From positions 192,758,001-192,822,000 of the forward strand of contig NC_042997.1 of NCBI RefSeq assembly GCF_006345805.1: a stretch of 64,000 bases of DNA, read 5' to 3'. The notes beneath the pieces were generated by a model that made no database searches, had not been told where the DNA came from, and saw only the letters and a list, made by a program, of their open reading frames with translations. Numbering within the stretch: position 1 is the stretch's first letter; each line of letters begins with the position of its first letter. The position numbers and the translations under genes are program-made. Shown here one piece after another: positions 12,197-24,539 of the stretch. The stretch comes from Octopus sinensis. Its lineage: Eukaryota.

Positions 12197-14125
12197 ATGT
12201 CATTAAAATAACCTTTTGTATGTATCAAACTTCCTGTTGTTAAAATTCAAAATTTCATACATATATGTAGACATTGTTAAATCCTTTTATCTCTTTAGTG
12301 ATAGACAAATAAAATCAGACTTCCTGGTCTGATCTGTAGACTACTAATTATTCTAAGAATTTTCATATATAGATTTTTTTTTCCTATAAACATTTCCTAT
12401 AATTTCTTTGAATGAGAGATCCATTTTGATTAACTTTTAATCATCTTTCTTGATTGTGTTTTCTTGTATCTATATCTCTAGATTATATTTTCTTTTTCCT
12501 GTATTTTATCTTTAGTTGCTTCATTTCTACATATTGTCATACTTTGGCCAAATCTGGATTAAGACACTTTTCTTTTCCAGCATGGAATTTCAACTTTGGT
12601 ACTCTTTTTTTTTTTTTTTTTTTTACCAGTCTGATCATGAATTATAATTGTCTTCATATAAATATTATTTTAACTGCTCTAATCTTTGTTCAGAGGTTCA
12701 AATCTTCTACTGGTATTCGGTTACTGTTTGAGTTGAATAATTTATTCTATATTGTCTGCCTTTTTAGCCATGGAGGTTACTCTTTTTGCTTTGCAGGCTA
12801 CAAGGTGATCCCACCAGTGCTGGTGCTATGAAAAAATAAAGCACTCTATACACTTTGTAAGTGACTGATAAATGAAATTAGTTTGTGATAGCTTGAAAGG
12901 GCTCTTTAGTTTTTCTGAAGGAAAGACAGCTTCTGTAGCACTGGTGTCATGAGAAAATACAGCCAGTACACTCTCTAAAGTGATTGGTGTTAGGAAGAGC
13001 ACCAAGCCATAAAAACCATGCCAAAGTTGAGACATTGGGGCAGCAATATTTGGTCTTCTAATTTGTCAGTTCATATCAATATGTCCAGCCCATGTCTGCA
13101 TGAAAAACAAACAAAATGGTGATGTCTGAGCTCTAGAATAGCTATCAAACCATTTGTAAACATTGCCTTCTCCAGACCTTCATTCTGCCTATTGGATTTA
13201 TTTCTTACTCACTTAATACCACAAATCCAGAGCTAAGCTGTAGCCCATCAAAAACCTGGGTGAGGTTTTGAAAATATTTACAAATGCTTTTTGTAGATGC
13301 ATGATTTTTATTGTAACATTTAAGTTCTATAGTTTTCTCGTGACATGAAACTGGAATTTCATCACATCATTTCTTTGGTAGTTTTCTACTTTGAATAAAT
13401 TTTATCTTTACAGAAAAGCATAGTCAGAAAACAACCTGGTTAGTGACCTTTTTGAAGACAAAGTGTTCTGATCTTTTTACACAACAAAAGCCAGGTTCAC
13501 TAAATAATAATGATGATGATAATAATAATAATAATATAAATGTTAGTATTTAAAATTAAGTAAAAAATGAAAATGTCTTCATAATCAAGAAAAAGATATA
13601 TTTTTTAAAAGATTGGCTTTTTCTCTTTCTATCACAAAAATAGCATGCGAACTGATTAGCCCAATTGTTCTGTTTATATTAAAGAGACGGAATAGTTGTA
13701 TTGTTAATGTGACTCAATAGATAGTTGTCATTTACATTGTACTTCTTTTAGTCAGGTACACACAATTCAGGCAGTATTAAATTACAACAGCTATCTGTTA
13801 ATCATACTTAATGTATATACACTGTTAATAGGCCTGATACTGCAGTATCTGTCTTGAGATAGCATTTCTTATGGAAATAAAGTATCTTATTCAACAACAT
13901 AACACCTAGCTCTGAGAATCAAACTCACAACCTCACAATTGTAACCCTGATGCTCTAACCTCACTGAATCATGTGCTTTCTTTAGAGCAAATTCAAAAGT
14001 TTATAGCCTAAAATATATTTTAGGTTGTAAATAATTCAACCTACAGAATGTTTAGTAGTAACTATATCATGTTACTTTATGTATCCTGGTTTTGAAATAA
14101 ACTATGTCTTTCTGTAAGAGATAGC

Positions 14126-14290
14126 AGTCGAGCAAATCAACCCCAGGACTTATTCTTTGTGAGTCTAGTACTTATTCTATCGGTCTCTTTTGCCAAACCT
14201 CTAAGTTAGGCGGACATAAACACACCAGCATTGGTTGTCAAGTGATGTTGGGAGGACAAACACAGACAAACATATACACACATACATACA
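14126..14290 (-). mobile_element. SINE A 3' half, followed by expanded (CA)/(TACA)/(TA) tract
   Basis: GTCGAGCAAATCAACCCCAGGACTTATTC...GGACAAACACAGAC. Confidence 0.8.
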
Positions 14291-14304
14291 TATATATACA
14301 CACT

Positions 14305-14342
<38 letters not shown>

Positions 14343-14348
14343 CATACA

Positions 14349-14397
<49 letters not shown>

Positions 14398-14972
14398 GGC
14401 GACTAAAAATTTAAGGCAATTGCGCTAAAAATACTATAATTATAAATATAAATTGAAAGTGTAAGGTAACCAGAAAAGAGTCCATTCAAGCCCATCTCTA
14501 CAATCGTTTCAAAGGATGCTGCTTCACATTGTTAATGTACTATCCATTAAGGAAATCCAAAGGCAACACCTTTTCATCAGGAGAAAACTTACAAAGGCTT
14601 CACATTTCTGGTTGTTACAGTGTTCAAATTTTTTGCCACCTTTATTATGCATTAATTTATTCCTTATATATTTTCTTTCATTCGACTTCACTCGTATTAC
14701 CCTTCTAGGTTTTTTATCACCTTTTATGTGTGTATATGTGTATATTTTATACTGTTGGGTTTTACCATTGAGTGTCCTGTTGTTTTAGTATATATTTATA
14801 TTTGATTTTTTATAATTTGGGAATCATATAAAGTTGTTTTGACCAATAGGAGCATTTATTCATTGTACCTTTCAATTTATTTCTCCTTTCGCCTCGGTCT
14901 CACCTGAGCACTTCCAGCTGCAGTCCTATCTTTATATTTATTCTTCAGTTTAATGAAATTATAGAATTGTCT

Positions 14973-14976
<4 letters not shown>
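14398..14976. other. Unassigned ~580-bp block bounded by (TA)n on both sides
   Basis: Sharp junctions to (TA)n at both ends; no second copy noticed in the window. Confidence 0.45.
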
Positions 14977-15010
<34 letters not shown>

Positions 15011-15014
<4 letters not shown>

Positions 15015-15199
15015 TCATCATCATCGTTTAACATCTGCTTTCCATGCTAGCATGGGTTGGACGATTTTGACTGAGGGCTGGTGAACCAGATGGCTGCACC
15101 AGGCTCCAATCTTGATTTGACAGAGTTTCCAGCTGTAGAAACTCTGCCGAAATCGTCCAGCCTATGCTAGCATGGAAAGCGGATGTTAAACGATGATGA

Positions 15200-15203
<4 letters not shown>
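15011..15203. mobile_element. Head-to-head pair of RTE (family B) 3' ends, tails outward, in (TA)n
   Basis: (CAT)n...GACAGAGTTTC|CAGCTGTAGAAACTCTGCC...CGATGATGATGAT; (TA)n at 14977-15011 and 15203-15232. Confidence 0.85.
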
Positions 15204-15233
<30 letters not shown>

Positions 15234-15237
15234 GTAC

Positions 15238-15965
15238 CTTTTACTTGTTTCAGTCATTAGACTGTGGCCATGCTGGGGCACCACCTTGAACAATTTTCAG
15301 TCGAATGTATCAACCCCAGCACTTACTTTTTTTTTTTAAAGCCTGGCGCTTATTCTAGGGATCTATTTTACTGAATCACTGTTACAAGGACGTAAGCACA
15401 CCAGAACTGGTTGTCAATCAGTGGATGGGACAAACACAGATACAATGACACACACATAGGTGTGTGTGTATATATGTATATATATATCATCATTACCATC
15501 ATTGTTTAACATTTGCCTTCCATACTGATATAGGCTGGACAGTTTGACAGGAGCCTGCACCAGACTTCTGTGTCTTTTTTGGCAGGGTTTTTACAGTTGG
15601 ATGCCCTTCCTAACACCAACCACCCAGTGAGTGGACTGAGTGCATTTTACATGGCACAAGCACAGGTGAGGTCAGTTTTGGCAAGGTTTTTACAGCTGGA
15701 TGCCCGTCCAAACATCAACCACTTTACAATGTGGGCTGGATGCTTTTTACATGGCATCAGCACATAAAAATAATATATATATATATACAGACACACATAT
15801 ACGCAACAGGCTTCTTTCAGTTTCTGTCTACCAAATCACCTTACATGACTTTGGTTGGCCCGAGGATATAGCAGAAGACACTTGCCCAAAGTGCCACACA
15901 GCAGGACTGAACCCAGAACCATGTAGTCAGGAAGCAAGCCTCTTACCACACAGTCATACCTGTGC
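15238..15965 (-). mobile_element. SINE A variant split by a family-B insertion (15485-15765)
   Basis: A tail half 15238-15455, (CAT)n-led B copy, A head half 15790-15965. Confidence 0.65.
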
Positions 15966-16315
15966 TTATGTATATGTGTATAAGCTTTCAGTTTCTGTCT
16001 ACCAGATCCACCCACAAGGTTTTGGTCAGCCCACTGCTATTATAGGAGACACTTCCTATAGTAACCATGCAGCGATACGATACATAAGATACATATAAAC
16101 ACATACACACAAGGAGCTTTGTCATAAAACTAGCACTAGGATATCAGGGTCCCAAGCAGTAAAATATTTCAAGGAGGCCTTAATCTGTTGATTGGGAAGC
16201 AAGTTAAACATATACTGCTAAGAATATGAGCTGAAGTTTATTTACACAACGTTATATAGAAGTAACGTTATATAGAAGAAACATTGTGTACACCATTATT
16301 TATTTATATATATGT

Positions 16316-16470
16316 AGGGTCAGGCTTGGCTGTGTGGTTAAGAAGCTTGCTTCCCAGCCACGTGGTTTCAGGTTTAGTCCCACTGCGTGGCACCTTGAGC
16401 AAGTGCCCTCTGCTGTAGCCTCGGGCCAACTGAAACCTTGTGACTGAATTTTGTAGGTGGAAGTTACCGT
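16316..16470 (+). mobile_element. SINE A head fragment
   Basis: GGCTTGGCTGTGTGGTTAAGAAGC...GGTTTAGTCCCACTGCGTGGCACC. Confidence 0.75.
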
Positions 16471-16509
16471 CGTGTGTATAAGTGCTTGTGCCTCCTAATT
16501 GATGTCTGC

Positions 16510-16551
<42 letters not shown>

Positions 16552-16555
<4 letters not shown>

Positions 16556-17347
16556 TCATCATCATCGTTTAACGTCCGTTCTCCATGCTAGCATGGGTTG
16601 GATGGTTCGACCGGGGATCTGGGAAGCCAGAAGGCTGCACCAGGCTCCGGTCTTATCTGGCAATGTTTCTACAGCTGGATGCCCTTCCTAACGCCAACCA
16701 CTCCGTGAGTGTAGTGGGTGCTTTTTACATGCCACCTGCACTGGTGCCAGGCGAGGCTGGCATCGGCCACGGTCGGATTGGTGCATTTTACGTGCCACCG
16801 GCCCGGAAGCCAGTTGAGGCAGCACTGGCTTCGGCCACGATTCGGATGGTGCTTTTTACGTGCCACCGACACGGAAGCCAGTTGAGGCAGCACTGGCTTC
16901 GGCCACGATTCGGATGGTGCTTTTTACGTGCCACCGACACGGAAGCCAGTTGAGGCGGCACTGGCATCGGCTACGATTCGGATAGTGCTTTTACGTATCT
17001 CCAGTCCAGGGGTCCTGGCATCTGTCGGGTGCCAGTCATAGGATTGGTTCAATTTCGATTCCGATTTCACTTGCCCCAACAGGTCTTCGCAAGCAAAGGG
17101 GGGTTGGCATAGGTGCCTGTCGTCGGATGAGGTTCGATATCGACTTCGCTTGCCTCAACAGGTCTTTGTGTGTCCAAGGGAGGAAAGGCATGCATAAGTG
17201 GGCTGGGCTCACTTGTCCTGCCTGGTCTTCTCACAGCATATTTCCAAAGGTCTCGGTCGCTGGTCATTTCCTCAGTGAGACCTAAAGTTCGAAGGTCGTG
17301 CTTCACCACCTCGTCCCAGGTTTTCCTGGGTCTACCTCTTCCACGGG
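16552..17347 (-). mobile_element. 5'-truncated RTE LINE: ORF C-terminus + long 3' UTR with 68-bp tandem repeats + (GAT)n tail
   Basis: Minus 17345-17209 reads RGRGRPRKTWDEVVKHDLRTLGLTEEMTSDRDLWKYAV, an RTE-type RT C-terminus; 68-bp unit at 16805/16873/16941; (TA)n on both flanks. Confidence 0.9.
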
Positions 17348-17470
17348 TTTATATATATATAAAGTATGGAGGTTTAGTTCACAGGTGATCTAAATGATTG
17401 GTACGCTAGGTAAGTGCTGTAATAGATTACTAGGGCTCCAAGGAGCTATTGTAGATTTCCGATGCAGCAG

Positions 17471-17640
17471 ATATATAATTGTTAAAGAGGACAACAAACA
17501 TTAAGGCAAAGCAAACATCTCAAGTCATCTACATTATTTTTATTGGAAAAAATTCAACAACTGAATTTTTTCCAATAATAATAATAATGTAGATGACTTG
17601 AGATATTTGCATTGCCTTAACGTTTGTTGTCCTCTTTAAC

Positions 17641-17650
<10 letters not shown>
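17471..17650. repeat. ~180-bp near-perfect palindrome (5-nt loop 17557-61) between (AT) tracts
   Basis: ATATATAATTGTTAAAGAGGACAAC...GTTGTCCTCTTTAACAATTATATAT; arms differ at about 4 sites. Confidence 0.9.
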
Positions 17651-17680
<30 letters not shown>

Positions 17681-17897
17681 TAGGTATCAGTTAGAGGGGT
17701 TTAATACCTTTAAGGAATAATTAAATCCAAAGTTTATAGGGGACCATTCTACAAGGTAAAAAATGATTATAAGAGGGATCAGGTATAGAAGCAATATTGG
17801 GGATAAGTGACATCGGATGAGGTAGTAAAGCATGCCCTTCAAATGTTGAGTTCTATTTTTCTTGTTTGCATCACCAAACCTCTGTGTGTGTGTGTGT

Positions 17898-18152
17898 AGG
17901 AGCGTGGTTTAGTGGTTAGGGGTATTTGGCTCTTAGCAGTGTGTTGTGTCCTTGAGCAAGACACTTTATTTCACATTATCACAGTCCACTCAGCTTGCAA
18001 AAATGAGTTGTAATTTTTTTTTTCAAAGGACAGTTTTGTCACATTGTGCTTTGTCATATGTCTGTGGAGTGTTCAGCCACTTGCGCGTTGATTTCACAAG
18101 CAGGCTGTTCTGTTGACCAGATAATGGAATATCTGTCATCATAACCAAGTGC
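17898..18152 (+). mobile_element. tRNA-derived SINE family G
   Basis: GTGGTTTAGTGGTTAGGG head, GTGTCCTTGAGCAAGACAC core; homologous to 27005-27328. Confidence 0.75.
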
Positions 18153-18639
18153 CTTCTCTATATGTTCTCTTTGTGAACACGATACATATAAGAATACATG
18201 TTGTTTATTATATGTATGATTACACTAATGTCAATGTATTAGACACTTAAACAATGTTACAGTTTTAGTAATGACTAATAAGTCTAATCAGATATTGATC
18301 TACCCCAGGTCAGGTCCTGATTGAGCTGACCTATACTCAGTCATTCTAGGCATGACCATCCTGCCTTTTATGACATGCATTATCCAATATGTCCCGCCTT
18401 TCTCTTTCACTTTATTTATTTATTTGGATTTGAAAATCTACACAGTAGGATGTGAATTTGAAGAAGTTTTGCTGGTGAACATTACCTAAAGACTTTATCA
18501 TTGGACCAATCAGTATTTTCAAATACAGCATTAGCTTTTATACTAAGGATCAGCTCTAATCCTTTCATCCAGCCCACAATTTCCTTTCATCCCATCTGCT
18601 GACTTAATTGATGTTGCACACAAAAACACACTTTTGTGC

Positions 18640-19190
18640 CACTTATATGGCATCTTGGGCAAGAGTCTTCTACTATAGCCCCAGGCTGACCAAAGCCTTA
18701 TGAGTGCATTTGGTTGGCAGAACCTGAAAGAAGCCCCCACCCCCATTATATGTTTGTGTGGTGTGGAGGAGGTATTTGTGCCTTCTCATTTTGATATTAT
18801 ATGGTAGTTGTAAATGAATGTCACCGTCATGCAAGCAGTGTCGTTTATTTCCATTATTCTGTGAAAGCATGTCTTGTTCATCATCATCATCATCATAATC
18901 ATCATCGTTTAACATCTGCTTTCCATGCTAGCATGGGTTGGACGATTTGACTGAGGTCTGGCGAACCAGATGGTTGTACCAGATTCCAATCTGATTTGGC
19001 AGAGTTTCTACAGCTGGATGCCCTTCCTAACGCCAACCACTCTGAGAGTGTAGGTATGGGGAAATGTTATGTTACTGGGAAACAGGTGAGTGTTGGTGAC
19101 AAGAAGGGCATCTGTTCATAGAAAATCTACCTCAATAAACTCTGTCTGATGCATTTGAACATGGAAAAGTAGATGTTAAAATGATGATGA
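18640..19190 (+). mobile_element. SINE A2 with nested family-B insertion (18879-19053, minus)
   Basis: A head, A2 body interrupted at CATGTCTTGTT|CATCAT..., resumes ATGGGGAAATG..., ends GTTAAAATGATGATG. Confidence 0.75.
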
Positions 19191-19745
19191 AATGAATGTT
19201 GAAATGAATTTTTCTTTAACAACCAATACAATTCAGTATTGAAAAAAAGCCTAAGTTTTGCAGAGCCCTTAAAAGAATCAGTGTTTCATATTAATGGAAG
19301 AACAGCAAAAATGAAAATCCATTCACTTAAATAAAAAATAAAAAAAGTTTGTGCTGGTGTGAGACTAAACATTTAAATGACTTCACTTTCCTAAATAAAT
19401 ATAAAAGTGGCTTACAACATATATGTTGTCTTAATCATAGTTTGCATGAAAAATCAATCCTAAAAAGTTAAGGAGTGACTAAATATATTTACTTGTCCAT
19501 TGAGGAAAACATTTAAATTGGCTCATCACATTTACACTTACTAAAAGTGTTTTAACACTTCATTTTATGCTGTATCATACATGGCACATACTGCTCTTTA
19601 GGTTGTTAAATGTGTGACAATTCCTTTACAAATGTGTGACAATTCCTTCACAAATGTGTGACAGGTGGCATTTTGTTTGTTTGTTGTTCACTGACTTTAT
19701 AATGTGCGTTCAATTTGTATTATACAACCTTTGTATGAACTGTTG

Positions 19746-20149
19746 CTCTCTCTTTACTCTATTACTTGTTTCACTCATTTGACTGTGGCCTTGTTGGAGC
19801 ACCGCTTTTAGTCGAGCAAATCGACTGCAGGACTTATTCTTTGTAAGCCTAGTACTTATTCTATCAGTCTCTTTTGCTGAACTGCTAAGTTACGGGGACA
19901 TAAACACACCACCATCGGTTGTCAAGCAATGGTGGGGGACAAACACAGACACACAAACATACACACATACATATATATACATATATACGACGGGCTTCTT
20001 CCAGTTTCCGTCTACCAAATCCATTCACAAGGCTTTGGTCGGCCCGAGGCTATAGTAGAAGACACTTGCCCAAGGTGCCACGCAGTGGGAATGAACCCGG
20101 TACCATGTGATTGGTAAGCAAGCTACTTACCACACAGCCACTCCTGCGC
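19746..20149 (-). mobile_element. SINE A, full length
   Basis: Complete reverse-complement copy; partial second head at 20152-20223. Confidence 0.9.
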
Positions 20150-22624
20150 TTCTTTCAGGTTCTGCCAACCAAATCCACTCATAAGGCTTTGGTCAGCCTG
20201 GGGCTATAGTAGAAGACACTTGCTGTTTAATTTTTTTTTTTTTTTTGAATAGAAGACGAAGTTCACTTTTCAACCATATGGTTTTGAGTTCAGTCCCCCT
20301 CTGCAGTGCATGGGTTGAGTATCTTTCACAATCGCCCTGAATCAACCCAAAACTTTGTGAATGGATTTGGTAGATGAAAACTGAAAGAACCCCTTTGTAT
20401 GTTTGCAATGTATGTATGCATGCATGTTTGTTTACATTTGTACTTCCCTGAAAATTGGTCAGTTATGGACATTGGCATTGCTACCATTTTCCTTGCCAGT
20501 GAGCCATCTGCTGGCTTTGTACCTTTGAAGAGTGTACGAAGAAAACAAATGAAAAGAAGACGTATATGGCACAGAGATTATTCTCTGTTACGTCTCAGTT
20601 GTATAATTTGTATTGTTGACTTCATAGCTAAGGATTTGATGAAAACTGGTCTATATATTTATAAAAAGGATTCAGAGTAGAAAAGCAGTGGCATTCCTCC
20701 ACATAGATACAGAAACACACACACACACACACACCTAACAAGACTTATGACATTATGCTTACTCACATGTGACTATTGATATTCCCAGACTTGTATACAC
20801 AAACATATATGTGTATGCATATAAGTGTGTGTGTGTATTACACACACACAAGTGCTAAATTGACAACAGTAATATTATACCATAGTTACTCCAATGTTTT
20901 GCATTTTTTGTGCCTCTTTTATATAATTCCATATACATGACAGTGAAAGCTTTGCAACATAAATCAACCTTTACACACCTCCAGCCATGATAAATAACTT
21001 CAACCACTTTCCCTGTCGTTTTAAAGAAAATTGAGAAGCAAATTCTCCATTTTTTTTTCTCTCTCCCAAATTTGCTCAAAATCTCACTCTCAGCCTAAAA
21101 GCTACAGTTTTCAACAATGTTTTTCAGATTTCATTGAAAATGTAAAAGCATTACTAATCTTTCAAAATCCATTTGACTGCATTATCTAGGAAACTCCAAC
21201 AGATCTTTAACTAAAAGCTGTTGATCTGCAGCCAAATGGCATGCTAAAAGACTAGTACGAAAGGGAAAACTTGACTGACTTTCTTAAATACATCATCATC
21301 ATTATCACTATTTTTCGCCTGTTTTCCTTATTGGCATGGGTAGGATTGTTTGCTAGGATTCAATTGGTTAAGAGATTACATCTTTTTCCAGTACCTGATT
21401 CTGGTATGGTTTCTACAGCTGGAAGCCTTTCTTTATAAGCAGCCACATTACAAAGTTCACTGGGTGCATTTTTTATGGCATTTGTACAAATAGTCTTGCT
21501 GACAATAAAGCACCTGCCTTGCCATCACCAAGACAAAAAGCCCTCTCAGGCCCTGCATTGTTGCAACTTGAATTGATTACCAATCACTTACAGGGAGTAT
21601 TGGGTGCGTTTTTTGTGACTCCAGCACATAATCCCAGATGAAATATATGTCTTCAAAATCCATTACTTAGAGATTGATTTCAGCATTTGATACTGCCCAG
21701 TTTACTGTATTTTAAAGTATTTAAGGAACCTTTGTGTATAAGGAACCCCCTAAATTTTGTGGCTTAAAATTTGAAAAAAATGATTTTGTAAGTATTATCT
21801 GTGTACAAGAAACTCCCATATTTTTTTAACCTAATTTTTGACAAAAAAGGATTCCTTATACATGTTAAAATACAGCATATACAGAAGAAATAAGAACAAA
21901 AAAACCCTTTTCAAACATGATGTATATTAAGTATCTTTAAATGTCAATGTTAAGTGATAACCACTTGATTACAGGATCTAAAATAATTTGAATCAAAATT
22001 TGACAATATTTAAGACACCCCTCTTGTCACACATTACCACTATTGCTGTGAAAAAGGAAAGAATTTCATAGTCCTTCTTGGTTGATAGTACATGTTTACT
22101 GTAAGTACACTTGTAGCACATTTACTCATTCTTTTTTTCTTCTATTGTTGATTAGATAGCATACAGCTTAGACCTTATTCCTCTCTTTCTCTGTCACACA
22201 CACACATAAAAATGTATTTTAAATGTTATAATGCACTGGGTCTATATTCCACATGAACTGCAAATGACAGCTGTCTTTCCTTGGCGTTTGGGTGGGCTTT
22301 TCCCACCAGGCTGCTAGGCTACCAAATTATTAGATAAACTAGTGAATGTGTTCAAAACTTTAGTTTGTACAGCATTTACCTGGCAAACCTTTGTCAGTAG
22401 CAATCCTGCCAGTTACATTTATATTTTTCGTGCTGAACACCACAATTTAATCCAAGCTGATATCTAACTGAAACAAGGTTTCCTAGTGACATTAAATATT
22501 GAAACTAAAACATGTACGTTTTGAATGACTTTAAATAACACCAATTGTAACTGTTATTTATTTATTTTCTCTTATCATGTTGTTCTGTTGATGTTGTTAT
22601 AATTCTAGTATTGTGCTATTATCG

Positions 22625-22935
22625 TGGAGGTGCAATGGCCCAGTGGTTAGGGCAGCGAACTCTCGGTCGGAGTATCGCAGTTTCAGTTCCCAGACCGGGC
22701 ATCGTGTGTGTTTATTGAGCAAAAACACCTAAAGCTCCACGAGGCTCTGGCTGGGGGTGGTGGCGACCCCTGTTGAACTCTTTCACCCCAACTTTCTCTC
22801 ACTCTTTCTTCCTGTTTCTTGAGTAACGCTGCGATGGACTGGCGTCCCATCAAGCTGGGGGGGAATACATATGCCACAGAACCGGGAAACCAGGCCCATG
22901 AACCTGGCTAGGCTTGAAAAGGGCACATAAAAAAA
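22625..22935 (+). mobile_element. tRNA-derived SINE family F, full length, poly(A) tail, 14-15 bp TSD
   Basis: GGAGGTGCAATGGCCCAGTGGTTAGGG head; A-tail; (A)TTGTGCTATTATCG at 22610-24 and 22936-50. Confidence 0.9.
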
Positions 22936-23087
22936 ATTGTGCTATTATCGGTATTCTAATTCATTTACATGCAAGTAAGTATTGGTTAGTGACAGGACGG
23001 GTATTCAGCTGTAAAAGAATATTTCAATATATTTATCTAACCTATGCTAGCATGGAAAAATAGGGATAAAGACAAATGAACAAAACT

Positions 23088-23438
23088 CATTACTCTTTTA
23101 CTTGTTTCAGTCATTTGACTGTGGCCATGCTGGAGCACCGCCTTTAGTCAAGCAAATTGACCCCAGGACTTATTTTTTGTAAGCCTAGTACTTTTTCTCT
23201 TGGTCTCTTTTGCTGAACTGCTAAGTTACAGTGACGTAAACACACCAGCATCGGTTGTCAGGCGATATTGTGGGGGACAAACACAGACACACAAACATAT
23301 ACACACACACACACACACATTATATATATATATATATATACGACGGGCTTCTTTCAGTTTCCCTCTACCATATCCACACACAAGGCTTTGGTCAGCCCGA
23401 GGCTATAGTAAAAGACACTTGCCCAAGGTACCATGCAG
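23088..23438 (-). mobile_element. SINE A (5'-truncated)
   Basis: Tail, core and internal microsatellite present. Confidence 0.85.
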
Positions 23439-23744
23439 CTTTTTTTAATGTAATTAATCAATATTATGATGTTTAGAAATGCTTGATCTTTATATTGGTT
23501 TCAGTGGAATTTGAACTCAGAATCTAAGGAGGTTATCTTTTATATTATTACCACTGGAAAATATTTATTTTACATGAAATGCTTAGAAGGAAAACAAGTA
23601 ACAAGCTATGTCCATAGCTGTAGATGATCATAACTTCAGTTTTTTTATTCACCTTGGGGCTCCACAAGACATAGAAAGACATCTAATGTAGTCTCCTCCT
23701 CTCTCATCTTGTCCATAAGTTTGCCAACCCCTGTTTTAGATTAG

Positions 23745-23992
23745 TCTCTTCTCTTGTTTCAGTTGTTAGACTGTGGCCACACTGGGGCACCACCTTGAAA
23801 ACTTTAATCAAACGAATCAACCCCAGAACTTGTTTTTAAGTTTTAGTTCTTATTTTGGTTTCTTTTTACTGTACTGCTAAGTTTCAGAAACGTAAACAAA
23901 CCAACACCAGTTGTCAAGCAGTGGTGGAGACAAATACACGCACATACATACAGTGGGCTTCCACACAGTTTCCATCTACCAAATTCACTCAC
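23745..23992 (-). mobile_element. SINE A variant, degenerate
   Basis: CTTGTTTCAGTTGTTAGACTGTGGCC...CCAAATTCACTCAC. Confidence 0.7.
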
Positions 23993-24539
23993 ACTTAAAC
24001 AGTTGTATACCACATACATAAGAATATGTACACCATGTACAAGCTAAGATATATATATTTCTCATAGTGGAATGTACAAACACTATATATAGACAAGGAG
24101 TATGTCATGGTAAGGTGGACAAGGTAAGCAGTGCTTACCCAGACCAGCATTCTGGATATAATTAAATATAAAAAATAAATGATTAAAAACAAAAAAAAAA
24201 AACAGGAAACTATCAGTGTGTTCTCAGTTTTTAGATAGGTGCGCCGAGTCCTTATCTAGTTTAAAAATTTTTTTTAAACTACTTGAAAAATCTTGTCCAA
24301 CTCATGCCAGCAAGGAAAAGCTGGTGCACAAAAATTTATAAATTCATTGTTAAACTTTACAGATAATTACATTCAGAATTCTTATCAATGTGCCTCATGT
24401 TTTATATGAGGGAGTGCAAAATATCTTTAGCTTTGTGCTATTTTCATAGCTCATTGTAGAAATATAATCCTAACTATGAGCTATGAAATAACAGACACAT
24501 AGCTGGGATTGTATGCCAGATTTATATCATATTTCTATT

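Noticed and set aside
16585-16953. 122-aa ORF and GC-rich 68-bp repeats resembling a CRISPR array
   Set aside because: Repeats abut without unique spacers, lie in an RTE 3' UTR, and the genome is eukaryotic.
19608-19663. 22-bp tandem repeat (also 17-bp duplications near 16248 and 56752)
   Set aside because: Ordinary slippage duplications.
20399-20680. 93-aa ORF with KRRRIWHRD, faintly like Harbinger N-termini
   Set aside because: Begins in a SINE/microsatellite, has no supporting catalytic motifs or TIRs, and the motif is too short.
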